Positions 15,999 to 25,732 of a DNA stretch of 45,767 nucleotides are shown piece by piece; position 1 is the first letter of the stretch, and the number at the start of each line of letters is the position of its first letter. A model generated the notes under the pieces. It was not told the DNA's origin, did no database searches, and worked only from the letters and a program-made list of their open reading frames with translations. The position numbers and the translations under genes were made by a program. The DNA is from a virus (lineage: Duplodnaviria; Caudoviricetes), in IMG/VR virus record IMGVR_UViG_3300005512_000069, positions 1-45,767 of that record. One strand, written 5' to 3'.

Positions 15999-17765
15999 GT
16001 GACCGTCACGCTCGCGCAGCTCGGGGAGTACCGGCGAGCGAAGCAGCTCGTTGAGCTCGCGGAGGCTCGGCTCGAGGCGGACTGGTTGGGGAGTCGTTAT
16101 CCGGCGTACCTGTACGGTGGCTGGAACCATCCGATCAAGGGCCGGATCGAGCGTGCGCACGAGGGGGCGATTCGCTTCCACGAGGCGTGCAAGGCGTTGT
16201 TCTGTCCGGAGTGTTGGGCGCCGGTAGGTTATGCGCCTGACACGGAGGACGCGGTGATGACGTGTCCGAAGCACGGTGAGTATCCGTGGCGCAAGTGTCG
16301 TCAGTACCGGACGGTGTTGCTGGAGCCTGGGAACCGCTGGGGGAAGGACTTCCATGGGCTCGCGGAGTTCGCTTCGTGGGCGATGGGAGTCAGGCCCTGG
16401 GATGGGTCACTGACGGCGCCACCTGGCGAGAGGCCGAAGCTGTGGGTCGCGTGCTGCGAGGACATGAGCAGCGTTGCGCAGGAGATCATCTGCCCGTACC
16501 TGGAGACGAGGCTGGGCGCGCTGATCGACGCGAAGATCCCTGGGTCGGCAGGGCGGCGGACGACGGCCGGGTACTACCTGACGAACGGCGACAAGATCGT
16601 CATCAAGTCGTACAGGCAGTTCATCAACTCGGCGGGAGACACGAACCCGTTCGAGGGGTTGACGATCGACGGGCTGTACCAGAGCGAGCCGATGCCGCAG
16701 GGCATGCGCGAGGCTGCGCTGCGCGGGTTGATTTCGTCACAGGGCGAGGGTTGGGGGCGCGAGCTGATTGCCGCGACGCCCTTGAAGTCGGTTTACCTGT
16801 ACCACGCGGTACACAGCAAGGCGTGGAACCTGGGCGGCGACCGGCGAGACGTGTTCGCGATTCAGGGGACGATCTACGACAACCCTTCGCTGAGCGAGCC
16901 GGAGATCGAGGCGTATTTGTCGGACTTGCCGCCGGAGGAGCGGGAGGCGCGGAGGAACGGCGACTACCTGCACGTCTTTGGTCGGGTGTTGCCGGAGTTC
17001 GAGGCGCTGCACATTTACGACCCGGAGGAGTTCGACCCGCTGGTGGGCGAGGATGGGCGGCCGACGTCGCATCCCGTGTTCATGGCGGTTGATCCCCACC
17101 ATCGTCGGCCGTGGTTCATGCTGTGGGTGTGCATGTGCCCGGACGGGACGCTGTACGCGGTGGATGAGTGGCCGAAGGACGAGTTCCACAAGATGCGGTC
17201 GGCTGCGGGGCTCGGCTACGACGACTACATCCGGGTGATCGCCGCGGTCGAGGAGGGGTTGCCGGGTGGTGCGAGGCGGGTGTTGGCGCGCGACTTGGAC
17301 CCGAACTTCGGGCGGACGCCGTTGACGGCGACGCAGGGCCGTTCGGTCGAGGAGGAGCTGAACCGGCGGGTGCGGGAGTCGGGCGGCGTCCGGTTCAACA
17401 CGAACACGAACGACAAGATCGATACGGGGCTGAGCGCCTTGCGGACGCTGCTGACGTACGACCGGGACCGGCCGGTGGACGGGCTGAATCGACCGTCGCT
17501 GTACGTGAGCCGGAAGTGCCGAAACCTGATCTGGGCGTTGAAGAACAACGTCTGGGAGGAGTTCAAGCAGCAGACGGCGGGGCTCAAGACGGTACAGTCG
17601 GACACCGGCAAGGACCCGATCGACACGCTCCGGTACATCGTGGCCTCGAAGCATCGATACAGGTCCTGGTCGGAAGCGGACCGGGCATCTGCTATGGTTC
17701 ACGAGAGAGCCGAAGAGCGGCTCGCTAGACCGAGTGCCGGGAGGCAGCGACGTGGGTGGAGTTGA
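15999..17765 (+). CDS. terL: Terminase large subunit
   Basis: GNRWGKD Walker A, FEG..IDGLYQSEP Walker B position, ATPL motif C, DNPSL, RNase H-like MAVDPH and DPIDTLRY. Confidence 0.9.
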   Translation: MTVTLAQLGEYRRAKQLVELAEARLEADWLGSRYPAYLYGGWNHPIKGRIERAHEGAIRFHEACKALFCPECWAPVGYAPDTEDAVMTCPKHGEYPWRKCRQYRTVLLEPGNRWGKDFHGLAEFASWAMGVRPWDGSLTAPPGERPKLWVACCEDMSSVAQEIICPYLETRLGALIDAKIPGSAGRRTTAGYYLTNGDKIVIKSYRQFINSAGDTNPFEGLTIDGLYQSEPMPQGMREAALRGLISSQGEGWGRELIAATPLKSVYLYHAVHSKAWNLGGDRRDVFAIQGTIYDNPSLSEPEIEAYLSDLPPEEREARRNGDYLHVFGRVLPEFEALHIYDPEEFDPLVGEDGRPTSHPVFMAVDPHHRRPWFMLWVCMCPDGTLYAVDEWPKDEFHKMRSAAGLGYDDYIRVIAAVEEGLPGGARRVLARDLDPNFGRTPLTATQGRSVEEELNRRVRESGGVRFNTNTNDKIDTGLSALRTLLTYDRDRPVDGLNRPSLYVSRKCRNLIWALKNNVWEEFKQQTAGLKTVQSDTGKDPIDTLRYIVASKHRYRSWSEADRASAMVHERAEERLARPSAGRQRRGWS

Positions 17766-19987
17766 GCGCAGTGCCCCGCGATAAGCAGACCGGTGTCGAG
17801 CGCACGAAGCGGCTGATCGCCCAGGTCCGGCGTGACGCTGACGACATGGACGAGTTCCTGCGCAAGAAGGCGGACTCGAGCGCGCGGAGGTACGCGCAGC
17901 ACGACGACCGTCTGGCGGGGGCCGGCCCCTGGCGCGGGGCCAGCGAGTCATGGTTGCCGCTGAGCGACATCGAGATCGGCAAGTTGAAGCCGGCGCTGCA
18001 CGCGGCGGTGTTCGGCAGGCCGCGAGTCGTCACGATGCTCCCCATGTCCGCGGACGGGGTCGAGCACAAGGCTGACGCCGAGATGGTGATGGAGTCGCTG
18101 CTGCGTGGGCGTGGCACGAACTCCATGCCCGACTTCGAGGAGCAGCACGCGTACATCGAGGACGAGGCGGCCGAGGGTGGCTACGGCGTCGTGAAGGTGT
18201 ATTGGGAGGCCAGGAGCCGCCCAGGGCCCGAGACAGTGCGCCGTGACCGGCTCCCTGGAGTTCTCGGCAAGCTGGTGATCAAGCCCGGCATGTCGGAAGA
18301 GGAGCGCGCGCGAGTCCAGCAGCAGCAGCCCGGGATCAACGGGCAGCCGGATGCCGAGGGCCGTGTGCGTGACCCGGACTTTGAGGCGGTGTTCGGGACG
18401 AGCGACATCAACCCGGTCAATCGCCGGGTGTGGGGCGAGATCGAAGACGCGGTCAAGCTGCGCGTGATCGACTTGTTCGACCTGGACCCGAACGACGAGC
18501 TCGACGCCAAGGCGTGCGACGACATCATGGCCTGGCTCGCGGGCGGCACGGTCGAGCCGAAGCTGCGTGTGAAGCGTCGTCAGGTGCTGCGGGACGCACC
18601 GCGGCTGGTGTCGATCCCGAAGCAGGATTTCATCTTCCCCCCTGGGATGCTGTCGGACTTCTCGCGGGCTGACCGGTGTGCGCAGCGGTATCTGTGGTCC
18701 GAGCACGAGCTGCGGGAGATGGCGCAGAGCAGGGGCTGGAAGGTTGACATCGAGCAGTTGATGACTGACTCGCGGCGCTCGTCGCACGACATTACGGACG
18801 AGCTGACGTACGAGCAGATGTCGCGGATGGACGAGTGGCAGGAAGGCGACGTCGGCAACGACATCTACGAGATCTGGCAGATCTACGCCTACGACACCGA
18901 GGGCGACGAGTCGGTGCTGCGCGTGCGCTGGGTCGAGCCACAGACGGACACCGAGCTCGAGGTCGAGGACATGCCGTACGACCACAGGGAGATCCCGTTC
19001 TCCCTGGTCCGGCTCGAGGTGAACAAGCCGTACGCCCGTGACTCGCGTGGCGTGCCCGACATGATCCACAGCCTCGAGTCGCACGCGACGGCGCACCTGC
19101 GCTTCGCCGAGAACACGATGATGTGGACCGGCAACCCAACGATCATCGCGGGGCACGACGTCGAGATGCCCGGCGAGGGCGAGTGGTACCCGGGCTGCAC
19201 GATCCGTGGCCGACCGGGCGACGTCGGGTTCCTCGACATGCCTCGTGTCGAGCACGGCAATCTCGGGCTCATGAACTTCTACATGGGCATGGCCGGCAAC
19301 GTGGTCGGCGCCGTCGAGACCGAAGAGATTCAGGCGGTGGAGCGCAGGACGGCTCGAGAGGCCGACGCGATCCAGGGCCGCAAGTCGCTGATCGCGGGCT
19401 ACCGCATCGCGCTGTGGCTCGCTCAGCTCGAGCGCCCGTTGAACCAGGTCTGGGCCCTGTATCAGCAGTACGGTCCGCGCGAGCACTTCGTGAACATCAC
19501 GGGCGAGGAGCCCCGGCGTGTGACGCAGTCGCAGATCGCGGGGCGGTACCACGCTCGGGCGACGGCGGCGACGGGTGCGGCCGACCCGCAGCACCTGGTC
19601 GGCCAGGCGTCTCAGTTGCTGCAGACGTTCGGTCAGATTCAGGACGCGGTGGGCCAGAGCCTGGAATTCGAGACGCACCCCGAGGGGTTGCTCCGGTACA
19701 TCGCGTCGAACATCGACCCGGTGCTGGCCCGCGCGTTCATCCGCGAGCGGAGCCCGCAAGAGCAGCAGCAGATGCTGCAGCAGATGGAGGCCCAGGCTGA
19801 GTTCAGCCGTCAATTGGCTCAGTTGGCCGAGAAGCTCGAACAGAACGTGGGGCTTGAGCCGGCCGAGGCCTTGGCGCTGATCAAGGAGATGCAGCGCAAC
19901 AGTCCGCACAAGGGCCTGACCCGCATTAAGCAGAATGCGGCGCAGGCCGAGATGGAAGTGAACCGCGCTAGGACGCTGACGTCATGA
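17756..19987 (+). CDS. Portal protein (P22/podovirus-like)
   Basis: 743 aa after TerL; GYGVVKVYW, EIWQIY, IPF, RGVPD, RTARE motifs; Gln-rich C-terminal barrel. Confidence 0.88.
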   Translation: MELSAVPRDKQTGVERTKRLIAQVRRDADDMDEFLRKKADSSARRYAQHDDRLAGAGPWRGASESWLPLSDIEIGKLKPALHAAVFGRPRVVTMLPMSADGVEHKADAEMVMESLLRGRGTNSMPDFEEQHAYIEDEAAEGGYGVVKVYWEARSRPGPETVRRDRLPGVLGKLVIKPGMSEEERARVQQQQPGINGQPDAEGRVRDPDFEAVFGTSDINPVNRRVWGEIEDAVKLRVIDLFDLDPNDELDAKACDDIMAWLAGGTVEPKLRVKRRQVLRDAPRLVSIPKQDFIFPPGMLSDFSRADRCAQRYLWSEHELREMAQSRGWKVDIEQLMTDSRRSSHDITDELTYEQMSRMDEWQEGDVGNDIYEIWQIYAYDTEGDESVLRVRWVEPQTDTELEVEDMPYDHREIPFSLVRLEVNKPYARDSRGVPDMIHSLESHATAHLRFAENTMMWTGNPTIIAGHDVEMPGEGEWYPGCTIRGRPGDVGFLDMPRVEHGNLGLMNFYMGMAGNVVGAVETEEIQAVERRTAREADAIQGRKSLIAGYRIALWLAQLERPLNQVWALYQQYGPREHFVNITGEEPRRVTQSQIAGRYHARATAATGAADPQHLVGQASQLLQTFGQIQDAVGQSLEFETHPEGLLRYIASNIDPVLARAFIRERSPQEQQQMLQQMEAQAEFSRQLAQLAEKLEQNVGLEPAEALALIKEMQRNSPHKGLTRIKQNAAQAEMEVNRARTLTS

Positions 19988-20355
19988 ACGAGCACTGGCC
20001 GTTCCACCTCGAAGCCCACCCCGAAGAGTCGCGCCAAGACTGGCGTGAGCGGGGTGAGCGGGCCATTGCGGCGATGGGCCGGACGGACGGGTTCTCGGCC
20101 GTGCTGGACATGCTGGAGGGCATGGCGGACGACAGGCTGAGCGAGGCGTCGCGGATTGTGCTTGAAAGTGGGCACAGCCGGGATGCATACGTAGAACATG
20201 CGGCTGGAGCCAAGGCGCTGCGAGAGGCTGCGTCTCGGCTGCTGCGCATGACGAGCGGACAAGACGAGCCGCAGGAAGCCGTGGATCGCAGAGCGCGAGA
20301 GCGGCTGAGTTACAGACGACGTAAGGCCAGCCGGAGCGCGCTGCATGCCCAGTGA
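19984..20355 (+). CDS. Hypothetical head-associated protein
   Basis: Small helical ORF between portal and scaffold; ATGA overlap. Confidence 0.7.
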   Translation: MNEHWPFHLEAHPEESRQDWRERGERAIAAMGRTDGFSAVLDMLEGMADDRLSEASRIVLESGHSRDAYVEHAAGAKALREAASRLLRMTSGQDEPQEAVDRRARERLSYRRRKASRSALHAQ

Positions 20356-21316
20356 GAGCAACGATTCCTTCATCGAGAAGTTCGCGAAGGGTGAGCTGGA
20401 CCCCGCGGCGCCCCCGCTCGAGCAGCCGCGGGGCATGCCCGAGGTGGTCAGCGAACAGCAGCAGCCGGCCGAGGCTGACTACGTCGATCCGCATTTCGTA
20501 GACCGGGAGACCTACAGCAAGCTCCCCGAGCAGGCCCGCAAGGCGCTCGGTGGCCGTCTGGCCGAGGTCCGCGAGGAACGTGAGCGGAACGCGCAGTTGA
20601 TGCAGCAGCTCGCGCAGACGCAGGCGCAGCTCGCCGAGGCCGTGGGTCGCATGTCCGATGGACAGGACGCGGCCCGGAAGGCCGAGGCGCCGAAGTACAA
20701 CGACGAGGTCGGTCATCGCTCGAACGAAGAGCTTGAGCAGTGGGTAACAGCGTCGCAGGCCAAGGCCATGCGAGATATCGCGAGCGATGACGCCCAGGAG
20801 CGCGCTGCAGCAACGGACCTGCTGGCCAAGGTGGCCCGAGCCAGGGACGTACTGAGCGCCCGTCGTGTGCAGGACGCGGTGGAGGCTCAGACCAAGCCTC
20901 TGCGCGAGCAGATGAAGGCGGCGCAGGAAGCCGCGCGGCAGCGAGACGCGAACGACCAGCGATGGCTGGACGCGTTCGGACAGGAGGCCCTAAGTGATCG
21001 GTCTCCAGATGGACCTCGGGCGAAGGCGCTCGAGATGGTGCAGGGTGCCGTGGAGCGCGGTGCCGTGGACCCCAACAACGAGCAGGCGGTCGAGGCAGCT
21101 CTGTTCATGGCCATGGAATCGGTCATGGCGGGGCGGCGCCAGCAGAAGCCGGACGAGACGATCCTGTCCCGTCACGGCATGGATCTCGGAGGCGGACCTG
21201 GCCAGCAGGGCAATACGGCCCAGGATCCCGTGAGGGCCGCGATGGAACGCGGCGATCCCGATGCTGCAGTCAGAGCAGACATCTACCGCGAACTCGATGG
21301 TAGTGGTCTGTTCTAG
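20345..21316 (+). CDS. Capsid scaffolding protein
   Basis: Charged coiled-coil protein directly upstream of MCP. Confidence 0.75.
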   Translation: MPSESNDSFIEKFAKGELDPAAPPLEQPRGMPEVVSEQQQPAEADYVDPHFVDRETYSKLPEQARKALGGRLAEVREERERNAQLMQQLAQTQAQLAEAVGRMSDGQDAARKAEAPKYNDEVGHRSNEELEQWVTASQAKAMRDIASDDAQERAAATDLLAKVARARDVLSARRVQDAVEAQTKPLREQMKAAQEAARQRDANDQRWLDAFGQEALSDRSPDGPRAKALEMVQGAVERGAVDPNNEQAVEAALFMAMESVMAGRRQQKPDETILSRHGMDLGGGPGQQGNTAQDPVRAAMERGDPDAAVRADIYRELDGSGLF

Positions 21317-21359
21317 ACGCGGCGAGCCCGTCCATACGCGACTCGCATAGGAGGCATCC

Positions 21360-22307
21360 ATGCCTGCTTCAGTTGGTAACACCCGTTACACGATGACGGG
21401 TACGAACACCCCTGGCTGGGTCCAGCCCAGCATCTACCTGCAGAAGATCTTCAACATCTCGCCCGTCGACACGCCCCTGTTCACCATGAGCAGGAACGTG
21501 ACCGCGACCGACGTGGTTCACCACTGGTGGACTCGCAGCCTGGATGCGCGCTCGAGCGCCGACACGCTGCTCGCGACCGGTGGCGACTACACCTACAAGA
21601 CGGTCAAGCAGCCCGTGCGGCTGGAGAACACCTGCGCCATCCAGCACCACGGCGTCGAGGTCGACATGTCGGCTGCGCGCGGCAAGTATTACGCCGCCGG
21701 CAAGCTCTTCAACGATCAGTGGGACCTTCGCTCGAAGGACCACAAGAACTCAATGGAGCACCTCTTCTGGAACGGCACCGAGACGTTCGTCACGACCAGC
21801 ACGAAGCGCTGCTCGGCGGGCATCCTGGCGTTCACGCTCACGAACGCGTCGGCGTCGAACAAGACCGACTGCGCCGCGGGTGCCTCGTTCACCGAGTCCC
21901 TGTTCCAGACGGGCCAGGAAGTCTTGTGGTCCAAGGGCCACATGGGCCGCGTGTCCATCCAGAACGCGACGCTGCGCAAGACGTTCGCTTCGTTCAGCGG
22001 CTCGGCCGACTCCGTCGAGGACATGGCCAACACCAAGCGCCGCACGTTCGACGTGATCTACTACCAGTCGGCGTTCGGCACGACCGAGAACGTCCTCTGC
22101 CGCGACATCCCGGACGGCGGTGCGGGCGCGACGGCTGACTTCCTCATCTATGACCCGATGATGGTCTGCAAGGCGTGGTACCGCCCGACGTCGCGTCGCA
22201 AGATCGAGACGGCTGGCGACTACATGCGCTCGGCGATGGTCACGGAGTGGACCCAGCAGTACGACGAGCCCGACACGATCTTCTACGGCAAGAGCGTGGC
22301 CACCTGA
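21360..22307 (+). CDS. Major capsid protein (DUF5309/SU10-like HK97 fold)
   Basis: Strong AGGAGG SD; IFNISPVDTPL...HHWWTRSL, RLENTCAI, YQSAFG, TAGD motifs. Confidence 0.88.
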   Translation: MPASVGNTRYTMTGTNTPGWVQPSIYLQKIFNISPVDTPLFTMSRNVTATDVVHHWWTRSLDARSSADTLLATGGDYTYKTVKQPVRLENTCAIQHHGVEVDMSAARGKYYAAGKLFNDQWDLRSKDHKNSMEHLFWNGTETFVTTSTKRCSAGILAFTLTNASASNKTDCAAGASFTESLFQTGQEVLWSKGHMGRVSIQNATLRKTFASFSGSADSVEDMANTKRRTFDVIYYQSAFGTTENVLCRDIPDGGAGATADFLIYDPMMVCKAWYRPTSRRKIETAGDYMRSAMVTEWTQQYDEPDTIFYGKSVAT

Positions 22308-22702
22308 TGTTCGAAGACGAGACGAGTGCTTGGCTTGACGCCCCGCTGATCATCAGCGACAACAAGTTGCGGGAGATCATCCTTCAGGTCCTGAACCAGT
22401 GGGCTCGCGAAGAGACCGAGGACATGCAGGACTTCCTCAACAAGCGCATGAAGGCGGTCAAGGAGCAAGCGTCTCTGACCAAGGGGCGTACCCAGGGCAA
22501 GGAGCGAATCCTTGGAGCAGTCCCTGGGTACGTCGCCATGGAACTCCGCACCATCCTTGGCCTGGACTGGTGGCGGTCCAACAAGCGGGCGCTCGGCATT
22601 CTCTTCGAGATCTTCGAAGAGGGTCGGACCTTCTACAAGGAGGGCGGCGACTATCGGCGCATCGAGCTCAACGACGCAGACATGAAGGTGCGCGTGACGT
22701 GA
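22307..22702 (+). CDS. Hypothetical protein
   Basis: TGATG-coupled to MCP, start MFEDET. Confidence 0.75.
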   Translation: MFEDETSAWLDAPLIISDNKLREIILQVLNQWAREETEDMQDFLNKRMKAVKEQASLTKGRTQGKERILGAVPGYVAMELRTILGLDWWRSNKRALGILFEIFEEGRTFYKEGGDYRRIELNDADMKVRVT

Positions 22703-23322
22703 CGGTCGCTACCAAGGACATCCACTTCATCCACATCCCGAAGACGGCCGGGACGAGCATCAAGCGTGCGATCGGCGCCCGCGAGGTTGCCGAGACGGCG
22801 ACGCCTGAGGATGCGGCGCGGGTGTTCGACGAGGGTGGGGCGATCTGCACGACGCACCTGGCTCCACGCGAGCTCCCCGAGCACGAGTTCTGTGAGCGAG
22901 CGTTTACGTTCAGCGTGGTCCGCAACCCGTGGGACCGGATGTTGTCCTACTGGTGGTTCATCAAGACCATCAGCCACGTCCACGACCCGCAGTGGGTCTT
23001 CGACGACTTCGAGGAGTTCTGTGGCAAGCTCGCCGAGCGCCGCGGGGACGAGTCGTGGGGACGGGGCCTGAACGCACGGCAGCGCCTGGAGAACCAGGTT
23101 GAGTGGCTCCAAGATGCGAGCCTTGATGCGCTGCTCCGCTTCGAGAAGCTCCACGAGGGCTGGAGCGAGCTGCGCGATCGGATCGGAGACTACCCCGATC
23201 TGCCGCACGAGAACCGGTTCCACGACGCTTTCAACTACAAGACGATGTACAGCCCCACGGCCAGGGACCTCGTAGCCGAGGCGTGCCGTGACGACATCGA
23301 GTTCCTTAGGTACGAGTTCTAA
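22699..23322 (+). CDS. PAPS-dependent sulfotransferase (Sulfotransfer_2-like, carbohydrate type)
   Basis: FIHIPKTAGTSI (5'-PSB loop), FSVVRNPWDRMLSYW (3'-PB motif), RFEKL, DIEFLRYEF; GTGA overlap. Confidence 0.9.
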   Translation: MTVATKDIHFIHIPKTAGTSIKRAIGAREVAETATPEDAARVFDEGGAICTTHLAPRELPEHEFCERAFTFSVVRNPWDRMLSYWWFIKTISHVHDPQWVFDDFEEFCGKLAERRGDESWGRGLNARQRLENQVEWLQDASLDALLRFEKLHEGWSELRDRIGDYPDLPHENRFHDAFNYKTMYSPTARDLVAEACRDDIEFLRYEF

Positions 23323-23332
23323 CGGAGACCGC

Positions 23333-25732
23333 ATGACCAGCCTGTCCTTGTGCATGATCGTCAAGGATTCATCGAAGACCCTGGGCGAGTGCCTCGAGTC
23401 GGTGATTCGTTCGGTGGACGAGGTTGTCATCGTCGACACAGGCTCGACCGACAACACCAAGGACATCGCCAAGGTAGTCTGCGACAAGCACGGCGTCCCG
23501 CTGATCCTTGAGGACTACGACGATCCGGACCGGCATCCCGAGCACGGCTGGATCTCGAACTTCGCGAAGCCCCGGAATGTCGGCTTCGCCCTTGCGACGA
23601 GCGAGGCCATCCTCTGGCTCGACGACGACGACGTCATGCTGCAGCGCGGCGAGGACGGCCAGATCGAAGCCTCGGCAACCCAGCTCCGCGCATGGGTCGA
23701 CGAGGTGTTCCCGCAGGGCTGCGACGCGGTCGAGCTGCTGTACGACTACGGCGTGGACCAGATGGGCCGGGAGGTCATCCAGCAGCCGCGCGTCCGTGTG
23801 GTTCGCAACGGCAGCTACGCCTGGGCGTCGCCGGTCCACGAGGTGACCGTGCCCCTGGGCGTGACGAACCTTGACAAGACGACTCCTGAGCGACCGTTCT
23901 GGGTCCTGCACAAGTCGTCCTGGAACCGCGAGTCGAGTGCCGAGCGCAACGCCTGGATCATCGAGACGCATCACGCCAAGGGCGAGCCGATGACCGAGCG
24001 CCTCTGGCGTGGCCTGGCGTCGTCGTACCGGATCCTTGGGCGCCCGTTCGATGCGATCGAGCCCCTCAAGAACGCCATCGCGCTGGCCCAGACGCCCACG
24101 GACCGAGCAGCCTGCTACGTGGATCTGGGCAACGTCCTCGCAGACTGCCAAGACCACACGGGCTCCATGGCCGCGCTGCACAAGGCCGAAGACATGGCCC
24201 CGAATGAGCGCGACGCCTACTTCGGCATGGCCAGGTCCAGCCTGATGGTCAAGCGCTACGAGGATTGCCTGCGTCACTCCGAGCGGTTCTTCGCTGCTAC
24301 AGGAGAGAACGCCCTCGCGAACCGGCCGGTCCAGGAAGAACAGATCCGGGCCATGCGGCTGCAGTGCCTCATGGAGACGAAGTGCTGGGACGATGCTCGG
24401 AACGAGGCAGTCGCCCTCTTCCGCATGTCGCCCGAGAAGGACCGCTGGCGCGTGGCGATCGAGGAGTGCGAAGCCGGCATCCGTGAGGCCAACCTCAAGG
24501 AGTCCTGGGACGAAGTCATGATGCGGCTGCCCGACGAGGCAGCTCGGATGACCGCTCGGGCGATTCGTGACCCGGTGCTTCGAGCTCACCCGCCGTTCCA
24601 GCACGCTCTACGCAGGCTGCGTGGCGACAAGCCCCTGCTGAACATCTGGGCCGGCAGGACCCCGAACCAGTGGGGTCCTCGCAGCAACGAGACCGGTACG
24701 GGTGGCTCCGAGGATGCGGTCATCCAGCTCTCGAAGCGAATGGTCGACAGGGGCTGGGACGTGTCGGTCTACGGCAACCCTCCGGCCGAAGACGTGGGCC
24801 AAGATTCCCACGGCGTTCAGTGGCTGCACTGGTCAGCCTGGGACAAGGACGACAGTCCGGACGTCGCTGTGATCTGGCGGTACGAAGCGGCTGTCGAAGA
24901 GGCCCCCGCGGCCGGTCAGCGCTGGGTCTGGCTGCAGGACTTGCCGCGTCGCTACGCCTACGACGAGGCGTTCTGCGACGGCATCGATGGCGTTCTGGTG
25001 CTGAGCGAGTACCACAAAAGCCTGCTCGGCGAGCACGGCATCCCGAAGGGCGTGCTCACCGGGAACGGTGTCGACCCAGACTGCATGGTCGACGGCCCGA
25101 ACCACAAGAACCAGTTTATCTACTGCTCCTCGCCTGATCGTGGCCTTCTCCCGCTGCTCAAGGCGTGGCCGCTGTTCCGGGAGGCGATCCCGGATGCCGA
25201 GTTGCACCTGTTCTACGGCTACCGTGACGACCTTCTCTCCCGGTTCACGGACGTCTACCTCGAGCAGCGCCACGAGATCGCGAAGCGCATCTGGGAGCTC
25301 CGCGACCACGGCGTGACGAACCACGGCATGGTGGGCGAAGCTGAGCTCCACGCGAAAATGGCGGAGTGTGGCTACTGGCTCTACCCGCTCTGCAACGACG
25401 CCGAGACGTTCTGCACGACCGCGGCCAAGATCCAGGCGTGCGGCTGCGTCCCGGTGACGAGCATGCGAGGCTCGTCGTCGCTGTCCGAGGTCTGCGGCGA
25501 GTACGACATCGGGCACCACGTCGAGATCACGGACGAGGACTCGGCCTCCGTCTGGGCCGAAGAGGTGATCCCGAAGATCCTCGCGGACGACACGGGCCGT
25601 CAGAGCATGAAGCTCTGGGCCCGTGAACACTTCAACTGGGACAAGGTGGCCGACCAATGGAACGAACTGTTCAGACAAGGCTTGGTCCCATCCACATTGG
25701 CGGATCCGGTGGCGATGTCCGCCAGCTCGTAG
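23333..25732 (+). CDS. GT2 - TPR - GT4(GT-B) multidomain glycosyltransferase
   Basis: LSLCMIVKD...VDTGSTDNT, NFAKPRN, WLDDDD, VHE; TPR-like helices; GTGGSE, GNGVD, SSPDRGL, ETFCTTAAKIQACG. Confidence 0.92.
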   Translation: MTSLSLCMIVKDSSKTLGECLESVIRSVDEVVIVDTGSTDNTKDIAKVVCDKHGVPLILEDYDDPDRHPEHGWISNFAKPRNVGFALATSEAILWLDDDDVMLQRGEDGQIEASATQLRAWVDEVFPQGCDAVELLYDYGVDQMGREVIQQPRVRVVRNGSYAWASPVHEVTVPLGVTNLDKTTPERPFWVLHKSSWNRESSAERNAWIIETHHAKGEPMTERLWRGLASSYRILGRPFDAIEPLKNAIALAQTPTDRAACYVDLGNVLADCQDHTGSMAALHKAEDMAPNERDAYFGMARSSLMVKRYEDCLRHSERFFAATGENALANRPVQEEQIRAMRLQCLMETKCWDDARNEAVALFRMSPEKDRWRVAIEECEAGIREANLKESWDEVMMRLPDEAARMTARAIRDPVLRAHPPFQHALRRLRGDKPLLNIWAGRTPNQWGPRSNETGTGGSEDAVIQLSKRMVDRGWDVSVYGNPPAEDVGQDSHGVQWLHWSAWDKDDSPDVAVIWRYEAAVEEAPAAGQRWVWLQDLPRRYAYDEAFCDGIDGVLVLSEYHKSLLGEHGIPKGVLTGNGVDPDCMVDGPNHKNQFIYCSSPDRGLLPLLKAWPLFREAIPDAELHLFYGYRDDLLSRFTDVYLEQRHEIAKRIWELRDHGVTNHGMVGEAELHAKMAECGYWLYPLCNDAETFCTTAAKIQACGCVPVTSMRGSSSLSEVCGEYDIGHHVEITDEDSASVWAEEVIPKILADDTGRQSMKLWAREHFNWDKVADQWNELFRQGLVPSTLADPVAMSASS

